Positions 37,981-51,214 of a DNA stretch of 64,000 bases are shown here, in pieces (position 1 is the stretch's first letter; each line of letters opens with the position of its first letter). This stretch comes from Phoronis australis (Eukaryota; Animalia; Phoronida): positions 208,645 to 272,644 of the forward strand of contig NMRA01000380.1 of the NCBI GenBank assembly GCA_002633005.1, given 5' to 3'. The translations under genes and the position numbers were made by a program. Below the pieces are notes generated by a model. That model did not search any database. It saw nothing but the letters and a program-made list of their open reading frames with translations, and had not been told where the DNA came from.

Positions 37981-38539
37981 TTTCAGCTTACAACACACTA
38001 AACAATCCCTAAATCCAACGCAGTTGAGTTCTCTACTAACCTATCTTGCCGCAGAATACTCGCCGATGGAAAGTGGTGGCGACAATTGGTGAAAAATAGC
38101 ACAAAACAAAAGTAGAATAGAACAGATTCGCACAGTAAGCTCAACGCAAAACCAAGTGGCGGGAAGCGCTTGCCTCCTAAAACGTCACTTCCGGAAAAGC
38201 GGACGAGTACTTAATAAAATTACGAAAAGCTGTAATTAAGTGAAAAATATGTCTAGGATAACCAACCAACCTTATTTTAGCTCAAAATGACATGGAAAAA
38301 GGTTGCCTTCGCCTTTAAAGCTTGGTGTTGTTAAGCCGCCACCACGGTGAATTGTACATTTGAAATACATCACGTGACGAATTAGAGTTAATGCCATAAT
38401 GCAGTCTGATGATAGAGTGTGCATTACAATTTTAAGAGAGTTACAGTAACGATTTTTTTCTAAATATTTATGATATAATGCACGATGTGGATTCATGTTT
38501 TCGACGTGGAGTTTGTGCCGCCTTGATAAATAGACGATT

Positions 38540-39610
38540 AATCTGTTATGGAAAACTGCTACGTTTCGCCCTATTCAGCTGGCTAAACAACGACAGTCGA
38601 ATTAGTCCTTTTAAGGTGATGTAATCGGCCTCGTAACGTTCCTTACTGTGATAAGATTCTGTTTTCTGTGCCAATAAGATCATCAAACCCATCATTGACT
38701 CCAGAAGACGCTTCAGAGTTTGCAAGGGGTTAAACAGCAAAGAATGCGAATCTGAAAGTGTACTGCGGTTGAAATTCCACATTGACAGCTACACAACGGC
38801 GGAATACAGCTTTAAAAAGATACTAAGCCCTGATTTGATGATTTCAACCAATTTTCGTTCTTTCTCCTGCTAATGCATTATTGGCGTCAATCTTTAAACG
38901 CAAAAACAGGAATCAACTCAAAACTCACACTCCCTTTGTCACAGATTGCATATTATGGTTCTTGGTGGTTGGTCTTTCCCCACCGTTGCATTGTAGGTCA
39001 CGCATTCTCGTTTAGCAGGCTTTCAAAGAAGTTTTCAAATTTTCCTCCAAACTTTGTCGGGGGTTACAGAGCATCATGTTGTTAGAATTGAATGGGGAAG
39101 TTTTTAGTATCTGTCAGTAAGCCAAAGCCAAGTTTGATATCGTTTTATTGTCTTTCAGTGTTCGACTTAGCGATCACCTGATTTCACAAATATTACTTTA
39201 CCTCGTGCAATCTTTGAAGATGATATAGACTTAGGCTCTATCTAGTTGAATCACTTGATGTATAGATGGCGCAGAAGTCAAATATAGTTTCATGTAGGTT
39301 GCGCGCCCTCTTCAGTAGGCGAGTCATTTTATCAAACCATCAGAAGTCTGTTTCTGATGCTCAGCGCGATTAACTCTGGCACTTGCGGTGGATTTCCCTT
39401 CTGCAGAGGGCACCAAACTCATCACCGCAAAATACAGATTTCTTGCCGCGATGAGCGCTTGGAAATAATTTGTCGACCCATGTAAAATTGACAAAGTGCT
39501 GGAGACCAAATACGTTTTAACTTCAATGCTGTTATCAGAATAATAGTTCCCATCACCGACTAACCTTTGTATTGAAATGTTGGGACATTGTAACTGACCA
39601 AACATTTAGC
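38540..39610 (-). pseudogene. Putative decayed cGAS-like/Mab-21 nucleotidyltransferase (cGLR), copy A
   Basis: Collinear frameshifted motifs: SAEG (~39400), VNRAE, SD-FDKM (~39335), YMKL, DQPPRTII, ELIPVFAFKD*..ISRRKNENW (~38915-38850), FRFAF (~38750) and LQTLKRL...ESYHSK (~38650). Confidence 0.5.
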
Positions 39611-40552
39611 AATTTTATGGGTACAATTTAAAGTCCAGTAGTTCGGTAAATGTTGATCAATATCCAACGTTTGACTTCTTGCATGTCTTATAGAACATAG
39701 AAGACAAAACGGTTACTTTCTGTTCCACTCATCACTTTTATTTTCACGGGGCTCACCTAAATTGTTTCAAAAGTGCTACTGTTGATTGTGAAGGGCTGTA
39801 GGAAATTTTGGAGGGCGAGTGGGCCAGGGTTTGATGAAGTTGTACTTGTATGTTGAATTTGTTATGTCCCTGTGGTGTGTCCTGGTTGCAAAATGGGGGA
39901 CTGGCACCCCTTAAAATGTCGTCAAAACTTATGTAGAACTGAGGTCCATTTTTTCCTACTTTTTTTCTTCTATTTGCCTCACAAAATATCTCCACCCATC
40001 CCCTACTCCAGTTGAAATGGGTTGAAAGTCTAGTATCGTCACCTCTTAATTACAAACAGCAAAACGGTCCAGGAATAAGTAATTAAAAATGAAGTTTGAA
40101 TAATGACAACATTAATGTAGCGACATGTTTCGGCGGTAAAACATCCACCATTGTCAATCTTTCTTCAGAGAACGGATGCCCATTGACCATTGTTGAAATC
40201 ACGTGCAGTTAGATCTTCAAAACAATTAAAATTTGCCTTTTGCACTCTTGGCAATTTTTCGAGAGGTGATGAAAGAACATCTTGTCGTGCATGAGCGTGT
40301 AACTAACGTTTTCCATATCCATGGAGGTGCTTATATTCGCGAGATCACGTATAATAGGTGCGTGAGAGCTAGGTAAAAGTTCAAACACAGATTCTGCGCA
40401 ATGAGAAGCTGATATTACATGTCAACAGTGTTGACGGACATGAAAGTCAGGTCTGTTGTGCAATTCTGTTGGGTTTTTAGGGGGAAAGTGGAAACTATAC
40501 ATTTTGGAAACCCCATGAAGTAATAAATCAGAAAATAATCGATTCCACTTTT

Positions 40553-43500
40553 GGCGGCCATCTTGGAGCTTCAAACATGGCGCCCAGTATCTCTGCTCTT
40601 GGGTCACTTGGAATGTTAGTTTTAATGGCTGCACCCACATTTCTGTGGTAAAAAATCTGAAAAATCAAACCCCGTTTATTAGCAGCTACATTTTGTAAAT
40701 GTGTTCTTCATGTATTCCAATACATATACTCACTATCTTACTTTTGCGCATGTTTTATTCGGATTTGTTTCCTTCAACACACCTAAACTCAACCAGTATT
40801 TAGACAACTTATTTACGTTCGCAGAACATTAATGTGTGTTGATTGTAGTGTCAGGTCTTTCAAAACTTTGAAAGCAGTCTACAGATCATCATTATTGCCA
40901 TCACTATCATCGCTGTCACCAGGAATCACATCCTCATCATTCTGACATTCTGCACGACATAGATCTGTGCAAAGTAGATCCTTTGATCGGCAAGAGCATC
41001 TTTGGAAAGAGTAATCTTTTTTGCACTGGCATCTATTCATCTCAATGATTATAGCCTCTGGTGTCGGAAGCTCCTCAGTAGTAAGAACTTTCAGCTGGTC
41101 GTCTTTGCCCCTGTAAAACCCATTCTGCAACGAGTCAAGGAGCTCCTGTAGAGTAATGGCTGCCTGGACCCACACTTTGTCCTGAATAATCACCCTCAAT
41201 ACATACTGTTTTAAAGCACCAATGGTTGGTGGACGTTTGTCGCTGTTAGTCATATGTTTGCTGAAGAAGTATCATCTCAGCTCTGGGATAATTTATCTAC
41301 GTCAATACCCTCTGGTGAGCATGAAACGGGCTAATGTGAACAGAAGTTTATCTGTTACTTCAAAAGCAGTAAAGAAAGTGTGCAGTGCACTAACAACATC
41401 ACTGTCCACTGACCTACTATGCCTAACCTAGAAAATCGGTCAGTATTGTCGGCCCTGTAAAAGCAAGGAAAGCCGGAAGAGCCCTTGTCCGAGTAGCACC
41501 TATAGGCTATGACGAGTATCAGTACATCTTTGTCAGGTGAAAAACATCAGCTGAGAATCAGGGGCGTTTCGATGTGATGCCAAGACTGCATGATGTATTA
41601 GCAATGTATCTGTTTCTTCGTGATTTTTCGTCAAGGAGTGGTTGACGTCTGTTGCTCTTTGTACATCCTAAAGTTGAAATAACGAATATCTTGGCAGAGT
41701 CTTTGCTGTATACAAGTGCCTTTGCAGACAGGTGTTCAGTCAGTTGAGCCTTTGTTTTGTCATGGAAGAGGAAACGGCTATTCCGGATAATCTTGATGTT
41801 AGACTCATCTCTTATCTGGTACTGTACTGGATCCTTTCCTTGTCTCGTTTTTTCTCTTGTGGCTTGCTTCAAAGAGTTGTTATTGTAGGTGTCAAAAACT
41901 AGAATGATCTTGTCATAATGTCTGGTTAAGAACAACACTAGAACCATTCGTTGATATCCTTGACTGTCACCCGAGTTATTGGATTCTTGATTAGCTTTTG
42001 AACCACTACCATGCTATCCACAACTGCAAACGTGTGGCTTGGACGTCGTTTCCGTGTTTTCTGGATGTAAAATCTCTCTTGCAGCTTAAAGACTGTCCTG
42101 TTCAAAGACGTCTGCTTCTGAAAAATTCTGAAGAAGGTGGATTAGCTTCGACTTATCTGTGCATGGCAGTATTTCCCCACTGGCAGCAAAGAATGCTTTT
42201 AGTGTTAATGCGAATTCATAGTGGCCGATAGCATGTTTTTGGTCGAATTTGTCTATTTCACTTGACAAGTATCAACAACCTGCCATACAGGTCCTAAGTC
42301 TCCTTGAGATCCACAGTGTTGTCACAGAATTTCATGTCTGGCTTCATGTTTCTTACCATGAACATGTTATTGTTCACCTTTTTGATTGTTAACGAAAGGC
42401 TCTCATCTGCACAGACTCTCTCAGAGACATAACTTTCGTACAGTGCCTAACCAGTGTCAACAGCATACAAGATCTTTGGGGCACACTCTTGTGGCAAACA
42501 GGCGTGTGTGATGTTGTACAGCTGGTCACCCTGCATTGTAGCTGGATTGCTATGGCTGAGTATGGTAGTTTTAATCCTGTCTATAGTACGGTGTTCCCTC
42601 ATAATCTGATTAGATCGTATGTCAGCGTGCTCTTCTTTGATACCTGCTTTAGTGCTGAACAGGCTCTTGAAATCTCTGGACTGGCAGGACAGTTCTGGAG
42701 TTGCCATGAAGAATCTCTGACTGTTATTGACATTGCAGGAAATACCGGTCAGTTCAGAACTTACTTTCATCATCCTGTTGAGGTGCTCACAAGCCTAGTC
42801 TGCACCATTGGACACAACTGGGATTTCGGTTTTAGTGACCAGATTAGTTGCATGTTCCAAGTTCATTCCAGGTGTCGGGGAGGTTGGTTCTCAGGTCTTG
42901 TATATCAGCGATGTACCTGGGCTATATTTTGTACTTGGTGCAATCAAAAGCAAAGAAGATCTTGTTTATTGCATTCAGCAGTCGGGAGATGCAGAATCAA
43001 GCCGTCATGCTGAGACACTGCGACAAATACCAGGATAGTTTCGACTCGATGTAGGTAGTTCATTATAAACTTTAAGGTGACGTTGGCTGATATCTGTGTC
43101 TCCCATTCTCGTAATGTCTCCAGTATCTCGGCAATTGTCACTAATTCAAGGAAATTGTGGTGAGCTTGGTTTGTGCTGTCGGACTTTCTGGTCCTGTTCT
43201 TCTCTAAACAGGCTACTGCTGCTGACTCTACAGCTTCACTGTGGGTTTTCTTTAAAGAATTCCTCTAGGAGTATCTCAAATAATGTTGTATATGATTAAA
43301 TGTTGGCTCGGAGTGTGCGCTTGCAGTGAGTGCACTTTAGAATCTGTTTAGTTGTTGCTATGTTAAAGGCATCGGCTTCTATTCAAGCAACATCTATGCC
43401 GGGATTCTCTATGGACGTCCCAATAGGTTTCAGAGCTGGCAGTAGTGGCAAGGCTATTCTGTAAATAAAGGTTATTCTGCCTTCCTGTGGTTCTTTTAGA

Positions 43501-43820
43501 TATTCTGGGGGTTCGTAGCTGCTTTTAAAAATGCCTTCAGATTATGTGTAACATTTTAGAAAGATTTTTTCAATTCCTTGCCCCACAAAATGCGTGTGCA
43601 GCCATTAAAACTAACATTCTACGAGATCCAAGATCATAGATACCAATATTTAAAGGTGCCATTTTTGAAATTCCAAGATGACCGCCAAAAATTAAACATT
43701 TGAATTCTTTGCACAAGGAAATGCTGGTGTAGACATAAAAACTAACATTCTAAGTGACACAGGTGCAGAGATTTTTATTTTAGTAGCGTCATTTTTGTAA
43801 ATCCAAGATGGCTCGTCAAA
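40553..43820 (-). mobile_element. Second decayed Academ-type transposon
   Basis: 40553-40642 is inverted relative to 43589-43687, with a further partial copy at 43735-43818. Coding remnants: TGIS.N....RFF..TPEL, TDKSKLIHLL, VFDTY...SLKQATRE, ALPAF.AFTG-D, PPTIGALKQ and a C-terminal CQCKK...RCSC....LCTDLC. True termini were not identified. Confidence 0.75.
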
Positions 43821-43879
43821 AATTATGATTATGTCTTTAAGAGGTCTTAACGTTCAGCATGAAACCGTGACTAGTGTGT

Positions 43880-45330
43880 CAGTTTGAATATATGAACGTG
43901 AAAGCGAAAGTTGAGATCACGGGGCGATGGGGGAGAAATTAGTGGCGGTGTGAACCGTGAGGAAACCACAGGTGTTGACTTGTTCTTGCAAATGCATAGG
44001 GGGCGCAGCACTGAAATAACGCAGCCCCTCATGGTACGCCCATGAAGTGTGAACTAGCAACTTCTTGAACATGAAATAGGTGTATTCTACTTGGACATAA
44101 CTCTACAGAGCCGAAACGAGGCTTAGCGCCAACCGCCTTCTAGCAACGGGTTACAGGATCTCAACAGATACCTACCTTCTCTTTCAGTAATTTGGCAACG
44201 AGCAAAACAAATTGTTCTTTTTGACATGCACGCCAACATCTCTATGCAGTCAGACTCACAGACCTTGTGAGTAAGGAGGTACCTAAAGGTCACGCAATTG
44301 AGCAAGCGTTCTAGCAGTCACCGGCTTGGTGGAAAATATATGCGTAAAAGAAAACCAGATTCACTTTAGAGTCGGATTACTTCAATGAAAAAATTCCCAA
44401 CATAGACATATTGTCTATTTGTGATAAAATTCACGTAATGCTGTTCAATTTTGCGTTATGCTTCTTTGTCGCAGATTTTAGGTCTTGAATGGATGTTTAA
44501 CTAGTGTACCCAATCTAGGCGACATTAATCGACGATTATAGACAACTGAACAGATCCATCTCGAACCACAGGATGCAAAGTAACTTGTTGAGTAGAGGGG
44601 GAACGTGCGCCAGCGCAACAGCAAATTGTTTTAGGTTTAGGTTAACTTGTTTTGGGGTAAATTGCCCCATCGCAAGTCCGCACGCAGTATGGTCTCAAAT
44701 CTGTCCATAAGACGGAAGTAATGCTCTATAAACGTCGACAACCTTCAAACATTTTGAGCACAAGTTGAAAACTCCTTATAAATTCTGCTAAATGGGCAAG
44801 CCTGACCTGCACTTTAGGCGAATTGTAAGGAAAGACCACCCACCAACAACCATAATATCCAATTTATGACTCAGTGTATGAATATTTGCTTGAATCCGGC
44901 TTTTAATACTCGGATGGAACGCCACTGATTAGTTAGCCGGTGACAGAACGAGGATTGTCCGAAAGCGCCAAAACAGAATTTAGCATCCTGTCAAACGAAC
45001 TGAGCACGTGCTGTTATTTCGACTATTTTGGAGTGCAAGTTTAATTCATGAACAGCAATAGGATAACACTGAAATGAACCAGAATTCAGGCTAATACGAA
45101 TAAATATCTGAATCATTCTTGGAAGGAATTAACACAACCGCCCCGTAGGATGGCCCATCCCCCATGCTCTTCCGGATGCCTGTCAAGTACCTGAAGCAAT
45201 GCCATTGGGATTCTCCTAGCTAACATTCCATACAGTACATTACGCACTTGAAATTTTTTCTTAACTAATTAACAATATGCAGTTCAGTCAAATGGCGTGT
45301 TTTGTTTCCTTAGTTTTCATGTTGTGTTGC
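43880..45330 (+). pseudogene. Putative decayed cGAS-like/Mab-21 nucleotidyltransferase (cGLR), copy B
   Basis: VEITG-DGGEISGGVNREETTGVDLFLQM (43910-43995), YLKV (~44280), DHPPTTII (~44835), LNPAF..GW..VSR*QNEDCP (~44890-44960), EFRL (~45082) and YLKQCHW (~45188). 44770-44990 shows DNA similarity to the reverse complement of 38820-39020. Confidence 0.45.
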
Positions 45331-46912
45331 CATGTAGGCCAATGTCCGAAAATGTCAAGGATTTTTTTCTCTCTGATAATCCGCAACGAGTCGTTGAATT
45401 CTGATGGACATGTTAATTAAAACACACACTCTGTTAGGAAGCGGTGACGATAGCGACCCNCCGGCCATTTACCTATCTACGGGCCTGCCATATCTTGTTG
45501 CGGACAAAGTCGCACGCATTATCCTCGAGAAAAGTACATACAGTAATATCGCTCGTGTGAAACATTTTGCAGCACTTGGTTGATTTTGCCGCCAGTTTTT
45601 GCGATGACGACTTCCGGCTCAGACGGTTGAAAGAGCGGAATCATCGAAGTCAATGAAGTGTAGCCTTTTACACGTCTTCATTTGACAACGCATTTCCGAG
45701 ATTACAACTTGTATGAGATCACGCCTTGTTAGGCAAACTAGTATTATCTAACTTGTAGAATTAACAGTTAACAGTCCTCTTCAGAGACAACTGATGCAAG
45801 ATTAATGTTAATGTTTTTTATATTCGTAAAACATAAACAAAACGTGTACAATGCTAATTTAACTAGGCCTGTATTGTATATTTTAAATGCAGTGTGTAAA
45901 GAAATGTTTGATTCTCGGCGAAAAAGGTACTTTTTAGGAGTTAACAATGTAGGGCGGAATTGAAATCTGTTGTACCACCCGAAAGTTCCAACCCAAATCC
46001 CATTTCTACGTTTGATAACCTCACCTGCTTGCCTTTCTCGTTAACTGTTTCGTTGCCAAACTTTTTTGAGCGAACTCACGAAATATCAACGTTTTCCATG
46101 GCATACTGTTTGGCAGTTCTTGCCGAGCCAACTCGAGAACGGGCCGGTCTCGCCACCTGGTGATTCTTCGTAAAGTCTAGGTGAAATAAGAAAACACGAA
46201 GTACGTATTGAAATAGTAATAAAACAAACATGTATACAAAATGAAGGCTCTTGAGCGGCTCTGCTACTGATCGTCTTAGAAAATTTAAATGAGTGGAACC
46301 CATTTTGTTCTATGGTCTTATTGCCAGGAGGAGACAACCGTTTTGTCGCATTCTAAAGTGCTTTCAATTGTGATTAAAAGGGAAATTTTTCATTCAAGTT
46401 GTCAGCTATCCAAGCATTGTGATTTATCTAACTACAAAATGACATCAACTCAACGATTGCATGTTAGTGGTGTTGGAGAACTTTGAATGTGACATGTTTT
46501 ACAGCTACAAAAAACACGGATGGCAAGAGCTTTTTATGCCTATCGTTAGGTGCCACTGGTGTGAGTAAAAATGAAACGTCATCAATGGTGGTTCTCTGAT
46601 TGGCCAATTTTGTCATTCCTTACTCTACGACGTAAGGAAACCCAACAAGGAAGTATATTTCGTGGTCTGAGCAACATGTAACCTCGAAGGGGACGGCAAA
46701 ACCTGTCGTGCATGGGAACTGATATCAGTAGGGGCGGGGCGAAACTGGTGTCAACTGTGGGATTTGCCTCCCGTCCAATTAAATCTTTCTATTACTTTGC
46801 GTTGATGGTGCGCAGAATTCTTTCGTCACGGTATCGGCCCAGCGTGTCTCATCAATGAAACCGCCGGAGTGCGGCGTAATACAGTGAAAGTCTGTAGTCA
46901 TATCCATTAACT

Positions 46913-48337
46913 ATACCTAATTCACGCGTGGGGACATTAAAATCCAATGCAAGGCTCACTGTGATAGACAAAGCGGAAGTTGACAGTGCGCGAGTTAAAT
47001 GGCTGGTCTTTCGAGTCAATCCTGGATATTAAATCTTAAAAATGTGTCGATAAAATTATCCAGTATAGCCGCCAGGGCTATACTGGGTACTAGAATTAGG
47101 GACGCTAGGGTTGGCGACTTGTATTCCAAGCTGGGATTTATGAAAATAAGAGAAAGAAATAAATATCCCTCTGCCTGTTGTATGTACACTGTATCAATGG
47201 CTTGGCTCCAGCATATCTCAGCAGTAAATTCAATAGGAGTCAGGCTGTATATTCTACACGTTCTTCTGTTGCTGGCAATGTTTCTTCTAAAAAAAATTAA
47301 AACCGAGACGGGCAAGAGATCTTTTATCTATGCAGCTGCTATAATATGGAATTCTCTTAGCCCAGAAATTAAACGGCCCAATTCAATTACTACCTTCAAA
47401 GTAAATATTAAAAAGTGGCTGTAATTTGCCTAACCTTTTATACCCTGCCTGTCGTAATCATGTCATTTTTTCATTGTCGTAAATGCACTCACGGTCTAGA
47501 GTCATCTCTTAATTTATTTCATCTGTCTTAGTTAAATTTTTACCATTATTTTTACCATTTAGTTATTGTCTTAATTCTCAACCTGTTTTAATTGTATCTT
47601 TGTTATGAATATTTCAGTGTTGTTTTATTACTTCATTGTACTATATTACTGTTTTTCTTGTTGAGAGCCCTCTTGGAAAGCAGTGCTATCACTGAAGAGG
47701 CCACTCTCATTTTAAATATCACAATGAAATAAAATAAAAAGTAACCTCAGAAACGTAGGAAAATACATTAGAGAACCAAGTCAATGCGCCAAAGAGTTGT
47801 CTGACGAAAGGGACCCTGGGTATAAGTTTATTTTTCTTAAAACTGCTTTCAAACATGAAAAGTAAATATGACCAAATAATTGCGGATTAGGTATATGCTG
47901 AATACGAGGTTACGTTTCTGCTTGTAAATTTGATAAGAATGCTTTCCACAAGAACCAGGTCATCTGCTTGTATTTTTGATATGTTTGACAGTGGTGGCTC
48001 ATCGCGTTTTGCTGTAATGTCCAAGTCACATCTGGTTTAATTTGTTGATCGACTTAACGTCAAATATAGCCTAGGTACTGGTAGTGAAGTAGGGACTACC
48101 GAGACTAACAGTTGATCTGTCATTGATCTGCAAGAATAATAGATGTTATTGAATACATTTTTATTAAGATAAAAAACCAGGCTGGTAGTTGAAGCTAAAC
48201 ATTATTTGACCATCAATTCTGTTTTCTTGGTTTTTATAATTGTTACATCTATTTCATGTGTCAGGTTTCAAATATCAATCTGGACAAGGTGAATTTTAAA
48301 TTTAAAACACCGAGTTAGTTCGTCTAAAGCATAACCT
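46913..48337 (+). mobile_element. Partial second copy of the 17344 element, interrupted by a LINE
   Basis: 46913-47053 and 47742-48337 align with 17344-17484 and 17486-18234. Confidence 0.8.
47054..47741 (+). mobile_element. 5'-truncated CR1/L2-like LINE 3' end
   Basis: AARAILG...LYSKLGF...KTETGKRSFIY.AAIIWNSL..EIK..NSITTFK, an AT-rich 3' UTR, a terminal stem-loop (ctcttggaaagcagtgctatcactgaagag) and an aaataaaataaaaa tail. Confidence 0.85.
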
Positions 48338-51214
48338 GAAAAAATTACCCGAGTAGCTGCCTGCGAAAGTTTGTACTGTAGATTTCCGGAAGTGTGTTAG
48401 GCTGAGTTTTGATTGAGTGCTGTTGTCAATTCAAGCCTTATTTCATTGCTTCATTTTCATTTTCATTTGTCTTCATGAAGCGAGACTCTTTAGTTACGGT
48501 TTTAGACTCCAAGCGATTTTCCGGAAAAATTAGTAAACGAAACTGACAGTTTTATTGGTCATTCTTTATACGCACTGAACCGTGGCCCTGGCCATTTACC
48601 GGGAATAGTCAAGCCTCTTAGAACCACTCTCGACATCTATCAAATTACATGCTAGGAGTTTTTCAACAAGACATTTTTGGGTGTTAAAATAATGTTACAG
48701 TATTTTACGGAATGGAATGACTTGTTTTTAAGCCTCTCAGGTATTTATGAATTAAATTATTTATCGTTTGCTTCTGCTACAATCATATAGCATCACGAAC
48801 TGACGAAGGGCTTTCTAATGATATGACTTTTATGCAATTCGGTTGAAAAATGGCGGAGTTGCGAAAAGTTCTAATGACAATTAATTCCATAGGAGTAACC
48901 AACACCGGAACAGACGAATGCAAACAAAGGCCGCTCATGCGCCGCGCAAGCACAGTGGTGGGAGATCAAAGTTGACATTCCGGGCTGGAGGTCTATGCCG
49001 TGAACCAGCCAATGACTTCAGTCGCTAACCGTAGACGTTACGGTAGCCTAGGTAATTTTTGCACTTTATCACTAGGTTTCCGAAAACAGTGAACATGACA
49101 GAATAATGTGGCGACCAGTAGGGATTGGTGTGGGAAAGAAAGATCACGGGCAAAGGAGGCGGGGGTGGCGGACGGAGAAATCGTGGCCACCGGAAACGAA
49201 CAGACTGGTTTGGATCGGTCGTTATCGGCGGTCATCAATGATCGAACTCGACGATAAACTTAAATAATACTAAGTCACTGACTGAGGGGAGATATTAATA
49301 CGGAACGCGATGTAACTTTTTCATCAGGTGGTTACTAAATTTCCTACGAAACAGTATACTAGGCTTACACTCACACCTGGGAGTGGAGCTCTACTTACGA
49401 AAAATGTTTTTATCATTTCACTCACTAATACCAGAGTGTTCAGATCAGTGGTGCATAACCAGAAAAGGCGACAATCCAAAATGGCCACCGCCGTGTATTC
49501 AATTTTCAAATCCCCGCAAAAGGATCCTGTTATGCCGACTCGTTAAGCTGCAAGAGGAAGATAATAAATGGCGGAACAACAAATAGCTCCGTCAAACGTG
49601 AGAGGGTGTGGTTCTTAAGTTTATTTGGTCGTCTCTCTATGCGTGCACACTTGGCCACGGGCTTAAAAGGACATTGCATGCGCAGTAAAAGATGCAGGTA
49701 AAATGGAATGGATATAGCAGTTTCCATCAGCAGTTCCCGCGGAAAATAGTCAACATGACCAATCCTGGCGGGAGGACTCAAACCCATGCTTGAGCAGGGG
49801 TTAATATGGGACGGCCTAATTGGTACATACACCTCTCTGGGCACGATTTTCGTCGAAGAATCAATTAGTTCCCATTATGGTTTATACATCCTCCTGGAAC
49901 TCGCATTATCAGTCCCAGTCACTCAAACATGCTGTCGCAGAAGCGTTTATTGATTTTTATTTCTTCAAAATTTAAATTTGTTTCGAGCTAAGCGGACTTC
50001 TCAAGTAGTGCGCGACGGAACCAGTAACGTTTAAAGAGACTGGAGAATGTGTGACAACAGCCGAAAATCGATAAAAGCTTCCTTGAGAACCCAATTCACA
50101 ACTATTTAAGTAACTTATAACAAAACAATTATTATATAGTGATAATGCATAGCAAAAACTCATGGTTGTCTCAAACCTTATTCATTGACATCCATTCTAA
50201 TTCATATATGGAAAAACCAGTCTATGTCAACAAGTGAAAGTATATATTTTCTGAAAGAAACAAGATCAGGGATTATGAAAACATGCTTTATATTTCTGCG
50301 CTATTACTTTAAAATTTATTACGTTACCACCTTTTTAAGTCAATATTTTATTTTTAAGAAATGTATATTCATAACAAAATTACGCCTCGGTCGATTTTAA
50401 TGAAACTATTTTTAGATGAGAACTTCGCAGTTTACTTTAAAAATGCTGTCAGGAATTTTGGATTACTAGTTTGGTTTCTATAACAAATTAACACGCAAAA
50501 CGTAGGGTATATTTGGAAAAATACATGTAGTATTAGCATGCGTCTATCTTACTATACGCGAAAACTAGGCGCTTAAAACTAACGGCGTTTTTGAGACTGA
50601 TGAACAAATGTTGAAATTGGAAAACGTCAGAGAAATCCTCCGTGCAGTTTTCAAATAATCGTGTTCCTAAGATCAAATTAAGTTCATTTGCCGAAGCCGA
50701 GGAACAGCCAAAAATGTCATGAGTCGTTAAAATCTCGATAGTTTTCACAAATTTTTTTGGTGAAAACTCGTTTTGATAAATATAACCTATATCAATATCT
50801 ATTTCTTTCAACATTCACTCACAAAGTCAACTGAACATGCAGAGCATAGTTAACTTAATTATCAATATAAAGCGTTTTTTTAAATTGTTCAAGTCGGTCA
50901 ACGGCATTGCTTAGAGATAATTACGAAAATAACGGTATTTACTGTATGTACAGAAGAACTAAGTCATTACTGCGAAGACCCATATAATCACAGAGACCGG
51001 AAATAGTTAGTCCGAAACACACCAACCGTTACCTGATGCGACAAAACCACAGTATCACAAGCGTGTAAAAGACCTGTCAGTTTTCGATGAAAGGGATTCC
51101 GTTCGTTGGCAGTCATTTAAACGTGGACACAAAAACAGATAACAGAAACTATTCGGAAACGTCTTTGACACATTTTACCCCGAAAATGGTCATGTGCAGG
51201 CAGTCATTGACGGG

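Larger units (their letters stand above)
36374..38314. mobile_element. Internally deleted Kolobok DNA transposon
   Basis: Near-perfect 158-bp TIRs (36374-36531 / 38157-38314) with AGG...CCT termini; TTAA TSD at 36370-36373 and 38315-38318; convergent THAP-transposase and KolX-like ORFs. Confidence 0.9.

Noticed and set aside
37669-37998. Host P2X7 purinoceptor exon
   Set aside because: Lies inside TTAA-flanked TIRs convergent with a THAP transposase; no P2X transmembrane or ectodomain sequence nearby.
40879-41253. Host tesmin/CXC or FEN1/XPG repair gene
   Set aside because: Collinear with frameshifted transposase remnants between inverted repeats; matches Academ architecture.
46999-47424. 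Novel gene family with 17430-17645 (shared MAGLSS..WILNLKNVSI)
   Set aside because: The shared N-terminus reflects two copies of a non-coding repeat; the remainder is an inserted LINE fragment.
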